From Azolla caroliniana (lineage: Eukaryota; Plantae; Polypodiophyta), in NCBI GenBank assembly GCA_043228905.1, contig JBHGNT010000011.1, forward strand, positions 10,354,001 through 10,418,000: a DNA stretch of 64,000 nt, given 5' to 3'. Shown here in pieces: positions 12,910 to 25,835 of this stretch (position 1 is the stretch's first letter; every line of letters begins with the position of its first letter). Both the position numbers and the translations under genes were made by a program. The notes beneath the pieces are model-generated. The model was not told the origin of the DNA and searched no databases. It was given only the letters and a program-made list of their open reading frames with translations.

Positions 12910-14219
12910 ACAAGAAGAATAACAACAAGAATAACAACTTTTCAACACAATAGTACTAAATCAAGGACCCCCCTTTCCAACAAGAAGAAGAAGTAAAGAA
13001 GTTTCAAGCATATACATGTACAAGATTCAAGCATATCTCAATCCTCAAATGGACATTGCATAAAAACAACAACACCACCAACAAGAACAAGAACATGACA
13101 TAATAGTCTGGTTCAAAACAAATCATATACATGTCATCACAGAATTACTAAATCTCGACTTGCAACTGAACACTATGAGAAAAAGAAGAAGAAGAAGAAG
13201 AACTGCAGTAGCAACATTACCAACAACAAGAACAACAAGAACAACAAGAACAACAAGAACATGACATAATAGTCTAGATCAAGAAAAAAAACACTTCTTG
13301 GACATGTTAGATCACAACAACTTGGAAGCAATGGTTCGAATGGTAGATAACGGAATGGGCTCTAACATGTATCGATGTGTACGGTTTCCTTGTTCCGCGA
13401 AGAATAGGCTTTTGTAGTTAGGTGCAACATGTGTAGTATATGTGTAAAGCGTGAGCCTCCACATTGGTTCCGTGTCATAATACATTGGCATTGCAAAAAG
13501 GCCTCATTTATAGAGGAATCTAGTGATGCATCATGAAGGAAGTGTTTTGCATCCCATCAATCAAACCATTTTTCCATAACTTGCATCCAACTAGAACACA
13601 AAATTTTGCTTTTATGTGTCTTTTGGATCTTTTTTCTTGCTTCTCATGCAATTCTAGGAAGGCGATGTGAGGGACTTTTTTGAACCTTAAGCATGACATA
13701 TTCAACAACCCTTTCCATGGCCATAATCTTAACGGGAAGCGATCCCATCTCAAGGAGGAGGAGGGTGTAGGGTGTTTGTTTCTTAACTTGTAGAAACTTT
13801 GTAAGAAAATGTTTTTGGACATTTTCAAACTCTTTCCACGTAGATTTAGGGATGCTACTGCCCCATACTTCCACCCCATAGAGAAGCACCAGTGTCACCA
13901 AAGTGTCAAAAAGAAATTTCTTGAGGACCCAACACTTAATATCTCCAAGATTGCATGTGTTCTTAAATGCATAATATGCTCACTTATCCGTCTCTAAGCG
14001 GTGTATAGCACATTCATTCCATCTATGATTTGAAGGAACTTCAAGGTCAAGATATTTGAAGCATTCCACACATTCGAATGGCTCATTATTGTACATATTG
14101 CACGGTTTATCTCTTTTTTGGCTCTTCACAAGCATAATCTTTGTTTTAGAGCTATTGACACTTAATTTAGAATGCAAGCAAATTTTTTCCAATACCTTCA
14201 TAAGCTTTTGTGTATCTCC

Positions 14220-14220
<1 letters not shown>
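12910..14220 (-). mobile_element. 5'-truncated non-LTR retrotransposon fragment (RTE-like) with TTG/TTC-rich 3' region
   Basis: LSVNSSKTKIM...VECFKYL and LLYGVEVWG...ENVQKHFL...TLLLLEMG are post-RT motifs; CAA/GAA-rich repeats at 12910-13260 read as a TTG/TTC tail on the minus strand. Confidence 0.7.

Positions 14221-14274
<54 letters not shown>
14221..14274. repeat. (AG)n microsatellite
   Basis: About 27 AG units. Confidence 0.97.
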
Positions 14275-14277
<3 letters not shown>

Positions 14278-14730
14278 CTATCAGTTCGAGATAATATGCA
14301 CCTTCAACCTCAACTAGAATTGATTACATGAGGGACACTTGGACAGAGACATAACACTAGAAAGATGTGTGGATTTATTGTTATTTGAAAACTTCAAGCC
14401 ATTGAATGTGGCTTCTATTTTTTTAATAAGTGATGATCAACTTTTTAGTCACTTTTATTGGATTTTTTTGAAATTATAGTGTTGTTTATCCTCATCAAAA
14501 TAGTTCTAAATTTTTTGCCAAAGTTGGTACACCATAGCTTGCTTTCACCCATAAGATATTATTTTATAGAGTTGGAGATTATCTTTATTCAATTTCTAAA
14601 ACTTTAATGTTTAAACATGATGGTGCAATGATAAAGTTGGTGCTTTGCCTCTTAAGGTTGTAATTCATGTCTCAAATTAATTGCATTTGTTCTTAAAAGA
14701 CTTCATAAGTTTAGTTGCTAAGGTGTTACA

Positions 14731-15276
14731 TAACAATCGGCAACGGTTCGGTTTGAGAGGGTCCAAACCGTTTAAATTTTCTGAAACCTGAACCAAACTA
14801 AATCGAATCACGAAACCGTTAAACCGAACCGTTAAACATTTTTCAAACTGTTAAACCATTAAACCGTGGTTTCGTGGTTCGGTTTCAGTTTTCAACATAG
14901 GTCAAATTTTAAATATTAAAATATTAAAATATTAAAATTATAATATTTCATTATTTGAAAATTTGAAAATTGATAATATTTCATTATTTTTAAATTTTTA
15001 AAATTTTAAGATGTTCCTAAAATGTGAGAATAAGGTCTAAAAATAAAACGATTGTTTAAAAACAATTTTTTAAAATTTAAAAATAAAAATAAAAAACAAA
15101 AAACCGTTAAACCGTTTAAACCGCGGTTTTTGACAGTTGAAATTGAACCGAAACTGAACCAAACCGTTTTAAAAAACCTAAACCTGAATCGAACCGAATC
15201 GAACCGAACCGTTGAAACTGTTAAGCCGTGGTTTCGCGGTTCAGTTCGGTTCAAACTGAACCGTTGCCGATTGTTA
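14731..15276. mobile_element. Non-autonomous hAT-type MITE (546 bp)
   Basis: 26-bp TIR TAACAATCGGCAACGGTTCGGTTTGA / TCAAACTGAACCGTTGCCGATTGTTA; 8-bp TSD GTGTTACA (14723-14730) / GTGCTACA (15277-15284); many subterminal AACCG motifs around an AT-rich core. Confidence 0.9.
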
Positions 15277-15599
15277 GTGCTACATTGAACAAAAATTCAA
15301 AATTTTAATTTGCAAGATGTTGCTTTCATAAATTTAGCTTTGCGATCAATCCTACAATCTAAAGAATGATAACATTTCTCTATAAAAGGCAATGCTAACG
15401 AACACGACAGAAGCTATTGTAAAAACTTCCACTAGGCCAACCTACATAAGGTGGTCAGGAAGGCTCTTGAAAATTCTATTACTTCTTATTTCCAAGCAAG
15501 TCAATAATAACATTGAAGATTATAATTTTGGCATCTCAAGTTTTTGGTCATGGCAATCGTATTATCTATTGACATGAAGTATATAAAAATTGATACCTA

Positions 15600-16819
15600 T
15601 TACGTGGCTTGGTTTCTTCACGAGAGATGGTGAAACGGTCACCATGTAAGGCAGGATGGCGAATGGTGATTTTTTGCAAATGCGTCTGCATTCTTCAAAT
15701 GAAGTGGAAGGGAACTTCACGTGCATGGACAAGAAATGGCATGTCGACCTTGAACTAGAGAGCTGGGAGGAAGATTCTAAGGAAAGGATTTATGATAATC
15801 GCCCGCTACTCGATTAGGACCCTCTGGAATATCATTGAAACATCCCTAATCAGAAGAAAAGGTAGTTCTTCAAAAGTTGGCAGCGAAAACCCCAATTAAA
15901 AATAGGTGGACATCACACAACGTACCTGACTTTTTCTTGCAAAGGTTTTTGGAAAAACTATGGATTACCGATCTCCCCCAAAAAACAAAGTCATTTTTCT
16001 GGCTGCTCAGCCATCGTGCCCTTCGAATAGGGGAATCGAGCAACAAACGTGGATTGGACCCAACTTGCCGCTTGTGTGGTTAATCGATTGAATCATCTCA
16101 ACATTGCTTGTGGTCTTGCGTACACGCACAAGAAATCTGGAAGCTAAGTTTACGGATACTAGCTCGCACTGGAGGTTATGGAGAGGTCTCATGGGCAGCG
16201 GCCCAATGGCTCACGACGGACCAAGAATCATGGTTTCCCCAATTCAACAAATCGGGCCCCTTCATGCAACTACAATGAGGAACTATTAAGACAACTGATT
16301 CTCCATCCTAGTCACAAACAAAGTCAACAAAGTTGAGGTCATTGTGAACCATACTTGCAGTTCTAACCACATGGCAAATATGGAAGCACTACTATCGCAA
16401 GATCTTCCAAGGGAAGCCCATCCCACCAACAAAGGTAGTCATGGAACTTTGGGATCACCTCATCGCCTTCCTTCGTGGGTCATATGAAGATAATCAAGGT
16501 GAAATGTACTCAATATCCAAGGCATGAGCAACCTTCATTTTGAAATGCTGCGATTGCAAGGTCGCTATACATATTGGTGCTATCTCCCACCGAAATGGCT
16601 CTTCCCACTGAGGACCCCCCCCCCCCCCCCCCCCAATGAGACATCCCCCCACTATCCCTAGACCGTAGAAGTATCCCTTTAAGTTTTACGTTTTTAGAGT
16701 TAATCGAAGCCACAAAGATCTATATGAGGCCTGACCCTTGTGCATATATGATATCTCTTGTATTTCTTCCTACCTAATCGGTAGCATATTTTTTTGGGAA
16801 ATTAAAATAAAAAATAAAA
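15600..16819 (+). mobile_element. Decayed LINE 3' fragment (zf-RVT) with A-rich tail
   Basis: LWITDLPQKTKSFFWLLSHRAL...CRLCG; A-rich end at 16801-16819; C20 run at 16615-16634. Confidence 0.7.
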
Positions 16820-18660
16820 TTGATACCCATTATTTTGAAATGAAGAATGGTTTTAAACCACACATCACTTCAATACGACATCAAATCCAAGTGCTTTTAG
16901 AGTGAATGGATATATGACATCAATAAGTGCATGTAGAACGAGTGATCTATTGAGGTGTGAGAATGTGAGAATTCCATCATTAAATGACCCATTGAAGACA
17001 TGTTGGAAAACCATCATTGCTCCTAGTAGTGACAAAATTTAATAATCATCGAAGTTGGAGATAAAAAAAAATTACAATTACTTTCAGTGATTGCATATTT
17101 ATCTTGTGTTTATCTAGTAGGAATACACCTTATAACCAGTGTTGGGCAAAGTTTTTAGCCCCTACCGAAAATTTTCCTGCTTCTCATGAACCTAACCGGA
17201 ATTTTAAAATTTTAGCCGGCCACATTCCTACTAGCGACAATGTCAACTAGAACATGTTGAATTTATTTTTTTTGGCCGCATACCAAATCAAAAATAAAAA
17301 ATCTAGCACAAATACCAAATCAAATCAATCCCAATTTTGGATCCCAAAAACTAAAGATATATATTTACCGAAAAAAAATCTAACTTTATAAACATAATTC
17401 ACTTTTCAAACCTTTGTAAATTAGCATTAACAAAATATTCAATCAAATTAGATCTAATATATAGAAAGTTCCAAAACAAAATCGATCAAATTTACAAAGT
17501 TTCAATCTATATCTTCTATGAAGTCCTTGATGTCATCATCATGCTCATGAGAAGTTCCTGTAAAAATATGACGATATGCCTTGCTTTCTCGCCACAACAA
17601 AATGTTGGCACTAAAGTCATGTTCTTGTAGTTCAGGTTCTTTAATAGAGATTTGAATCAATGCATCAACCACATTGGTTTTTAGCCTATTTCTATACTTA
17701 TTTTTTATTAGAGTTAGGGGACTAAAGCCTCTCTCACATGTAGTTGTAGAAGAACATTGAATTAACCCTATCAATGAAAGCTTTAGAAGTTCGGGTAGCT
17801 TTTCTTTCCACACATCATTACAATTTATCATATCCCAAACATCTAAGAAATCTCTTCCAAGCCATTCTGTGGTACCTTGCCTTTTGAAAATTGCATATTC
17901 ATCATACAATTTATCATTATTAATTATGGGAGAAAACACTTTCCCATCTATCATTTTTTGAATGCCATAAAAATTTCCAAGTGTTTTCAACTCATTAAGG
18001 CCCATAGTTTTTCGTGCTAAAATGCTTGTAGATCTGGTAGAAATGTTCATTGGTGATAACATTCTTAATGCGGAAAGAGTTACCGGATCTTGAAGCCTCT
18101 TTTTTATTGTCTCTATTAATGCCTTAGAAAATAAAGTTTGGAATCGTATGGCTTCAATTAAGTCCTCACCAGGGCCTGAATTTGACGGGTTAGTCTTAAA
18201 GTTTTTTGACGGGCATTTTTTAAAGATGTATGTCATATGACGTAAGAGTGCAAAAATTAACATGTCATTTGACATACAAATTTCTTATAATGAAAAGCTC
18301 TATATGATGCTTCATTATTATACATTTTATTACTATAGAAGGTACACAAATAGACACAACTACCTCGCAAAGATAATGAAATACAGAAAATAAATATCGT
18401 GTTAATGTTTTTTTTTTACCAAAAAAGTGTTAATGTTTTTTAAGCCAAAGTACAAACTATATATGTATCCATAATCATAATTCATTCTTGCAAAGTGGAT
18501 ACAATAAGCTTCAAACAAATAATCATACAAATCGAATACTTAATCATCATATATTTCTTAAAGCCCAAAAAACACAAAAAAATGTTTATCATACTGGGAC
18601 TCCTCATACTTATTACTAAGCATTGTTCAATGATACTATCCTTCTCTCTTTCTCTTCAAA

Positions 18661-20817
18661 CTAAAGGTTAAATATATCCCTCCAACAAATGTTTGATGTC
18701 TCTTGAGCATTCAAGGATATAAACATCAAAGCATCTAAAGTTTCCAAAGATAAACCATTTCTAATATCATTTTTTATGATATTTTGACGTGAAAAGCCTC
18801 GTTCACATGCAGCTGTACTAATAGGAATAGTCATACATAGTTGCCACAATTGCATAATACCCGGAAATAATTGCCACCAAGATTGTGCTTTGCAACAAAT
18901 ATCCCATGCATCATGCATTCCTCTTCCTTTAGCAATTCTCACAAGCATACCAACAAAATCTTCTCGTTCATTGAAGCATCTTTTCATGTCAACAATTTGC
19001 CTATCAATGTTAAACTTCCCAATAAGTTTGTGCATCCATTCCTTTGTCTTTTTCTCTCTTTCATTTTCCTCAATGGGATATGAAGATGGATTAAACAACT
19101 TGATAGCATTGAAAAATGTAACATCCGGGAAACGATTGTTTAAGGCATCAATAACATGTTGGACAAAAGTTTTTCCAATTCTAATGCATTCATCCAAACT
19201 ACCATTTTCCGCATTACCATTAAACATATTCAAGTTAGAATCATTATCTTCATTCTCACTATCAAGACCACTCATTATTCTTGATCGATTTGCTACCTCC
19301 TTTGGGTTTGGAATTAGTATAAACTTCAATGGATGTGAATGAGTAACACTATCACATCGAATATATATGAGTATGCCATCTTTCACATTCGATAAAAAGC
19401 TTGCAAGAAACATAGACCCGGTGCCAAATGTTTCACACGATAAATATCTTCTTCGAAGTTTCTCATGGATCAAATCCAAGTGAACACCAAGCATAGTTAC
19501 ATCCATTAATTCCCTTTGGAATTGCTCATTTAATTTATTTAATTCCACAAGAATATCTGCCAATAGGTGCAACATAAATTGCACTTGGAATATAGTAGCA
19601 TACTCATACCATTTTTTCTCATGTTTTTCCCATTGTTCTAAAATTGCGGGCATAAGTGTAACTAGTCTCTCCATTACTTGGCCTCGAGATAACCATCTTA
19701 TGGAGTGAATTTTAAGCACCTTCAAATCACCCTTACCATGTCGTTTCATTATCTCTTTTAGCTCCTTGTGTCTATTAGTTGACTTTCCCAACCAAGAGTA
19801 TACTTTATTTGCAAACACATCAAGGAAGCTAAACACATGGGCATGAGACATTATATATGCATCTTTTATGGCAAGTGCTTCACGATGTGCAATGCAATGT
19901 ACTCCCAAAATATTAGGCATCATGGATTGAAACTTAGAAATTGCACCATTGTTCTTCCCTATCATAGATGATGCCCCATCACTTGCAAAAGCCACAAGTT
20001 TTTTTAAATCTAAATTGCTCTCCAAAATGAATTCATTGATAGACTTGTAGATACCTTCAGCTTTCACATTTTCCACCGGAAGAAGTCGCGCAAATTTACA
20101 ATGTGGCTCCCCTTTGCCACCTTCACTTAAGTACAATACATAGATAATGAGGTGTTTTTCCAATGTACGATCAGTGCTTTCATCAATCAAGATGGAGAAA
20201 AATGGACTTCCACGAATTTCATCATACAAGAGTTTCCTTGTGTGGTTCTTAATGGCCATTAAGAATTCTCTTGCAGATTTAGCATTAGCATAAGCACCAT
20301 ATTCTTTTGAGGCAGGGGCGTTTGGAGTACTAAGTTCTCTTTGTAACATACATTGTTTTACATATTTCTCTAATGGAATATCATTGCAAGCATGAAAATG
20401 AACCAACTTCATGCATAAAAGTATCCTCTCATATTCTAAATGCATGATTTCTGAAATTTTGTCATCCATTGGGCCTTTCACATTTGCATTTTCCTTTTGT
20501 CTTTTTGCATTATACATGGCACTTGCTATCACATGATCGGATGACTTTGCATGTTCATTCAATGAAGACATTTGCATGCTTTGAGATCCACCATCCGCAA
20601 ATACATTGTTCTTTCTTGCATCTTCACACCACATGCATTTGATTATATCATCACCTAATAGGGACTTTGTCACATATGCCCATGGGTGAAGCAAAGTCCA
20701 TTGGTTTCTCCACTTTCTTTTTTGTTTGTTATAAGAAGATCTCGACTCATTTGTGTTTGTAACCACCTCGTGCTCATTATTTGGAGCATCATTAACATGT
20801 GTTGCCTTGCAAAACAT
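18661..20817 (-). CDS. hAT transposase, ZNF862/C17orf113-like, 718 aa
   Basis: N-terminal zinc finger (CMWC...HAKSSDH); catalytic IDESTD, SDGAS, HCIAH, IRWLSR, TAACERGFS; C-terminal dimerization region. Confidence 0.9.
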   Translation of the reverse strand: MFCKATHVNDAPNNEHEVVTNTNESRSSYNKQKRKWRNQWTLLHPWAYVTKSLLGDDIIKCMWCEDARKNNVFADGGSQSMQMSSLNEHAKSSDHVIASAMYNAKRQKENANVKGPMDDKISEIMHLEYERILLCMKLVHFHACNDIPLEKYVKQCMLQRELSTPNAPASKEYGAYANAKSAREFLMAIKNHTRKLLYDEIRGSPFFSILIDESTDRTLEKHLIIYVLYLSEGGKGEPHCKFARLLPVENVKAEGIYKSINEFILESNLDLKKLVAFASDGASSMIGKNNGAISKFQSMMPNILGVHCIAHREALAIKDAYIMSHAHVFSFLDVFANKVYSWLGKSTNRHKELKEIMKRHGKGDLKVLKIHSIRWLSRGQVMERLVTLMPAILEQWEKHEKKWYEYATIFQVQFMLHLLADILVELNKLNEQFQRELMDVTMLGVHLDLIHEKLRRRYLSCETFGTGSMFLASFLSNVKDGILIYIRCDSVTHSHPLKFILIPNPKEVANRSRIMSGLDSENEDNDSNLNMFNGNAENGSLDECIRIGKTFVQHVIDALNNRFPDVTFFNAIKLFNPSSYPIEENEREKKTKEWMHKLIGKFNIDRQIVDMKRCFNEREDFVGMLVRIAKGRGMHDAWDICCKAQSWWQLFPGIMQLWQLCMTIPISTAACERGFSRQNIIKNDIRNGLSLETLDALMFISLNAQETSNICWRDIFNL

Positions 20818-20944
20818 AGTCTTAATAGAATGTTGTTGTGCTTGGTTCTTTGTTTTCCCCCTGAAATTATTTAAATAATAGACATCTAAAAATGTACTAA
20901 AAGTATTTCATTTCACTATAATAGAGACATTGAAGTTATTGTTT

Positions 20945-21709
20945 AGGTATTAAGGTAATACAAAAACAATATTGTATAATAACTTGTTAAATGAACATAA
21001 TATGATAGATATTCATGGTAACTTACATTTTTAAAATGTAGTTAAAAAATGTTGAAGGTTGAAGGTTGTTTTTGTTCTATTCCCACTGCACAAAAAGGCT
21101 ACATAGAATCAATAATTTTTAATTGGAACAATAGCTTGCTACCTAATAGTAAGTACTCACCTTTTCCTATACTAATAAGTTATTATTAACCCTAATTTTT
21201 TAATAAAGCATAGTAAAACGTAATAAGTATGTATAAAACAATAGGTTAGTAAAACATTTAGTTTAAAAAAACTTAAAATCAAACCTTATTGAAATGAAAT
21301 ACTTTTAGTTTATTTTTAGAGGTATTAAGGTAATACAAAAACAATATAATAACTTGCTAAATGAACATAATATGATAGATGATCATGGTAACTTACATTT
21401 TTAAACTGTAGTTAAAAAATGTTGAAGGTTGAAGGATGTCTTTCTTTGTTCTATTCCTGCTGCACAAAAGGCTACATAAAATCAATCATTTTTAAGTTGA
21501 AAAATAACTTGTTACCTAACAGTAAGTAGTAAGTAGACTGTAGTAAGTACTCAGTGCTCACCTTTTTCCTATACTAAAAAGTTATTACTAACCCTAATTT
21601 TTTAATAAAGCACAGTAATAAGTATTAAGTATTAAGTAATAAGTAATAAGTATGTATAAAAAAGTAGGTTAGTAAAACATTTACTTTAAGAAAACTTAAA
21701 ATCAAACCT
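20945..21709. repeat. Tandem duplication of about 350-390 bp upstream of the inner hAT ORF
   Basis: AGGTATTAAGGTAATACAAAAACAAT...AAACTTAAAATCAAACCT occurs at about 20945-21287 and 21320-21709. Confidence 0.88.
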
Positions 21710-21854
21710 AGAGTGACTAGTCTACAGTGTACACTCTAGTATTTTTTAGAGTATTTAATAAAGCACCAAGGTTATTGTTTAAAATTTAAATTGATTTGGG
21801 GATTCATCATTACAATTTATATGATATTATTTTAAGCGTGTTATAAATAAATAA

Positions 21855-21885
<31 letters not shown>

Positions 21886-24800
21886 TTTAGTATATTACAC
21901 ACTTCATACTATATAGTCAAATTGAATCTTGATACTACATAGATGATAGTATGATAGTACATATATTTAAATTTTATATGACAATATGTGGTATATATAT
22001 ATAATATATATGAATAATGACATAGAAAATAAAATTTTAGCATGTCATTTGACATGTATAATTTTAAGGGGCCTTTCACATGAAAAGGAAAATTTTATAC
22101 TTTATATGTCACTTGACGGACATTTTTAGTAGGTGTATGTTTTTGACGGGCAAAATGGCCTTTGACGGGCATGACACCCGTCAAATTCCTGCCCTGGTCC
22201 TCACCATCAATACATCTATCCATGAGGATGCTTTTATACATATTACCTTTAATAGCATCCCTTAAAACTGAAAGCATTCCTTTTTCTCTACCATATTCTG
22301 GAATAATTAGATAGTTAAAGCTATCATTCTCAAAACCATTGAGATCCATCATAACATGATGTAGAAATTGTTCTTCTATCTCCCCAATGGCTATCATAGC
22401 CAAACCTCCAATGCATGTCACATCCACATATTCCTTTTGGAATTCCATACTTAACGTATACATGATCTTAAGTACATCTGCAAGGAAGTGAAGCATATAC
22501 ACTACTTTGAAGTTTCTTAAACTTAAGAATACATTGTATGCATCACTTTGCGATTGCAAAGTCTTCATCAAGGGTATGTGATGTATTCTAATGCATCTTG
22601 CATCTTAGTTAATTCACCTTGGCGCATTGAGCTCCTCGAGAAATGTGTAGCCACCCGATTCACAAGGGCATCTAACTGTTTGCATGTTTCTTTGACTTTA
22701 ATGTTCTTTGAAGCCTCTTGCACACACAAGTTTGTTTGATGTGCACAACAATGTAATGAAGTCATAAATGGGTTATATGACTTCAATCTTGTAGCAACAC
22801 CTGTAGACATACCTACCATAATAGATGCTCCATCACTTCCAAATCCCATCATTTTTTTAACATCTAAGTTCCACTTTTTTAACAATGTTAAAATGCTTTT
22901 TGTTATTGTGTTTGATGTACCATCCTGTACTTCAATTAACCCCAAATAAGAGGTTCGTACTTGCCTTCCTTCCACAAATGTAGCGTAAAGGATCAAGTTC
23001 TCGGTTACGCTTACATCGGTAGCTTCATCTACCATAAGCCCAAACCAAGGACTTTTCCTCAACCTATCATATATCTCAACTTCCAAAGTCTTGGTAATGT
23101 GCAATATAAAGCTTGCACAAGCCTTATTATCGTTATAAATTCGTGAAAGGACTTCCACACCACATTCTCTTAACAATTGTAAGACACTTTCCAATTTTCT
23201 AAATGCCAAATCCTCTTTAACTATAAAATATGCACATTTAAACAATTTTTCAATTGCTACATCCACACTAGCTTTTTTCTTTGATGCACATTTTTCAAGA
23301 CCACTCTTGTCTTATTCTTGTAACAAAATGGCATCTCGATGGGCCACACTTCTTGCATGTTCTTCTAATGCAGAAGTCTTAAAGTTTTTGGCACCTGTTT
23401 TACCAAATGAAGATTTACAATGAGGATCACTCCTACAATAACTACACCATAGAAGACCAGTTTCCAAATCCTCTTGAAGCCACTTAAATTTAGTAAGCCA
23501 ATCTTCTTGAAATTTTAGTTTGGCCTTAATAATTCTATTCATATCATGAAGTAACTCTTCAGAGTGTTGATGGTCCTTTATAGGCTCTTTTAGAGACACA
23601 TCTTCATTGGAAGATGGCAAGTTTTTCCTAAAACCAGGCATTGTAAAGAGGCTGATTTGCTTTCCTTTGCCTTTCGTATTTTCATTATGGGACATACTGT
23701 AACAATAATGTAGAGAGCGTTGGAATAACATAATCTATGGATTCCATTTACAAGAAGGGGAAACATACATACACAATCCATGTTTTCCAAAGAGAAAAAA
23801 CAAATTAAGATACCTGGGATATTTGAAGATTACGAGGCAAAAAAGGATCAAGTTTCCACTATAGATTTTCCAATCTATCAAAAAATAAAGAAGAAAGAGG
23901 ATGGCTCACATTAGCTTAAATACACATGAAAATCCAAGTATGTAAATGTGAAATACATTGAGGGAACAAATATATTGCAAACAATATTGAAGGAAAAGAT
24001 CAAGAGAAAAAAGGTAGTGTATATATTAAAACAAGAGGACAATACAAATGCAAGGTAATAATGCTCGTCGAGTTTTCATGAACCCCTAAATAATTGAGTT
24101 TGAACTCATAAAATGTAATCAAACATAAAATTGATTGAATATAATATGTTTACCAAGAAACAAATGATAAAAAATAACACTTTTTGGAGTTAAGAGATGT
24201 GTGCAAGTCGGGAAAGGAATCTTGGAGTTAAATTTACAAATATGAAATGTTTCACCATTTAAATGATCTATAAAAGATAAATAAGGGTGTTAAACAACTA
24301 GATGTAATTACCCACATGCTAAGAGTCTTATTGTGCGCCTTTATAACGTTCAATCTCAACAATAATGATGTCCCTTAGATGAGTGTCTTGCAAAACTGTT
24401 TCATGTATAGTAAGTCGATTGTCAGTAGCTCTACAACATAGGGGTCACTTCCCAATGAGATATAGCATTGGAGAGGGTTGTGGAGTACAACTTTAAAGAA
24501 TTTCATGGGAAGTAAAAATGTTAAAAAGATAGAACAACAAATATGTGAGTGCACATGGATGCAAGAAATACAAAAATGGTTTGGAAAATGGTATGCACCA
24601 CATGCGAGAGCTTGAGAGAGATGTGGAGTTTCATCCTTCACACATTCATTGGTGAAACTCTTGAATGCCAAGAGCCACTAAGGAACTCTGCACATGCTAG
24701 GTGCAAATGTGGCACCTTGGTTCCATAAACCATACTTCATATTATTAAAAGAAACTTTTCATATCAGTCTTAGAGAAGATTTTGTCAAGTGTCATCAACA

Positions 24801-25444
24801 TATATATTTGTTCCATTGAATTTCCATTACATTTAGAGTAGGTTAAATGTATGACCCTATAAAACGTTTTGGCAAGCCTTTTTGTGAATAACCCAATTTG
24901 GGAGTACATAGAAATTTCCTATGGTATTCAACATTAGTGAAGCTTCAAGACTTGCTAGGAGTATAAGGAACCTGGTCATTGACCTTTTAGGCGCAATGAA
25001 ATGAACATTTTGTCATGAACAATTGATCAATCAAACACTCTTGATATTGTCATTAAAAATAAATGTCCTCGCTACAAATTTTTGTGCCATGCAAATTTGT
25101 ACATGTGTGATAACATGTATAATTCGACAGTTGTTTTCAACCGCAATGGATTACCACAAACTAGGAACTAAAGAAAAATGCACAAAACAATGTACCTTTA
25201 GCAATACTATTGAATTTCAATGTGTTTCTTTTCGTCTTAAGAAAACCACATTCTCATTTTTTTGCCATATAGAAAAACAAAGAAATAGAGAACATTATCA
25301 AAGAAACAAAAAAACAGAGAAAACAGATAAAAATAAGAGAGAAAATAGAGAGAATTCATAAACAGAGAAAGAAAAAACAGAATTACTTCAAAGTGGTAGA
25401 GTGGTGAACAACAAATGTCGTGCAATCAATCAGAAGCGATAGGG

Positions 25445-25835
25445 AGCAACGAATAGAGAGCGAGCACAGACGAGCAATGGGCAACGAGCGAGCAGGGAGG
25501 AGCAATGGGCAGCAAGCGAGCAGGGAGGAGCAATCGACAACGAGTGAGTAGGGATGAGCAATCGGCAACGAGCGAGCGGGGAGGAGCAATCGACAATGAG
25601 CAAGTAGGGAGGAACAATCAACACCGAGGGAGTAGGGAGGAGCAATGGGCAATGAGGGAGTAGGGAGGAGCAATCAACAACGAGTGAGCAGGGAGGAGCA
25701 ATCGACAACGAGCGAGCAAAGAGGAGCAATCAGCAACAAGTGAGCAAGGAGGAACAATGGGCAACGAGCGAGTAGGGAGGACCAATTAGCAACGAGCAAG
25801 CAAGGAGGAGCAATAAGCAACGAGTGAGCAAGGAA
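25445..25835. repeat. 28-bp minisatellite, about 14 copies
   Basis: Consensus AGCAATCGACAACGAGCGAGCAGGGAGG; units start at 25501, 25529, 25557 and so on. Confidence 0.9.

Larger units (their letters stand above)
18170..22196 (-). mobile_element. Inner hAT DNA transposon (4027 bp)
   Basis: TIR CAGGGCCTGAATTTGACGGG / CCCGTCAAATTCCTGCCCTG; perfect 8-bp TSD GTCCTCAC (18162-18169, 22197-22204); subterminal TTGACGGG and CATGTCATTTGACAT at both ends. Confidence 0.95.
17502..23731 (-). pseudogene. Outer hAT transposase interrupted by the inner hAT (pieces 23731-23312, 23266-22568, 22571-22197, 18169-17502)
   Basis: TTF-type zinc finger (WLTKFKWL...CSYC...LEEHARSVAH), VDEATD, SDGAS, HCCAH, TCERGFS; the protein rejoins at ...RCIDGED|LIEAIRFQ across the insertion. 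Confidence 0.88.

Noticed and set aside
18661-20817. Domesticated host gene (ZNF862-like)
   Set aside because: It is flanked by TIRs and a perfect 8-bp TSD, so it is a transposon ORF.
24375-24900. Possible second gene or captured exon inside the outer hAT
   Set aside because: No recognisable motif and only short ORFs; it cannot be supported without a homology search.
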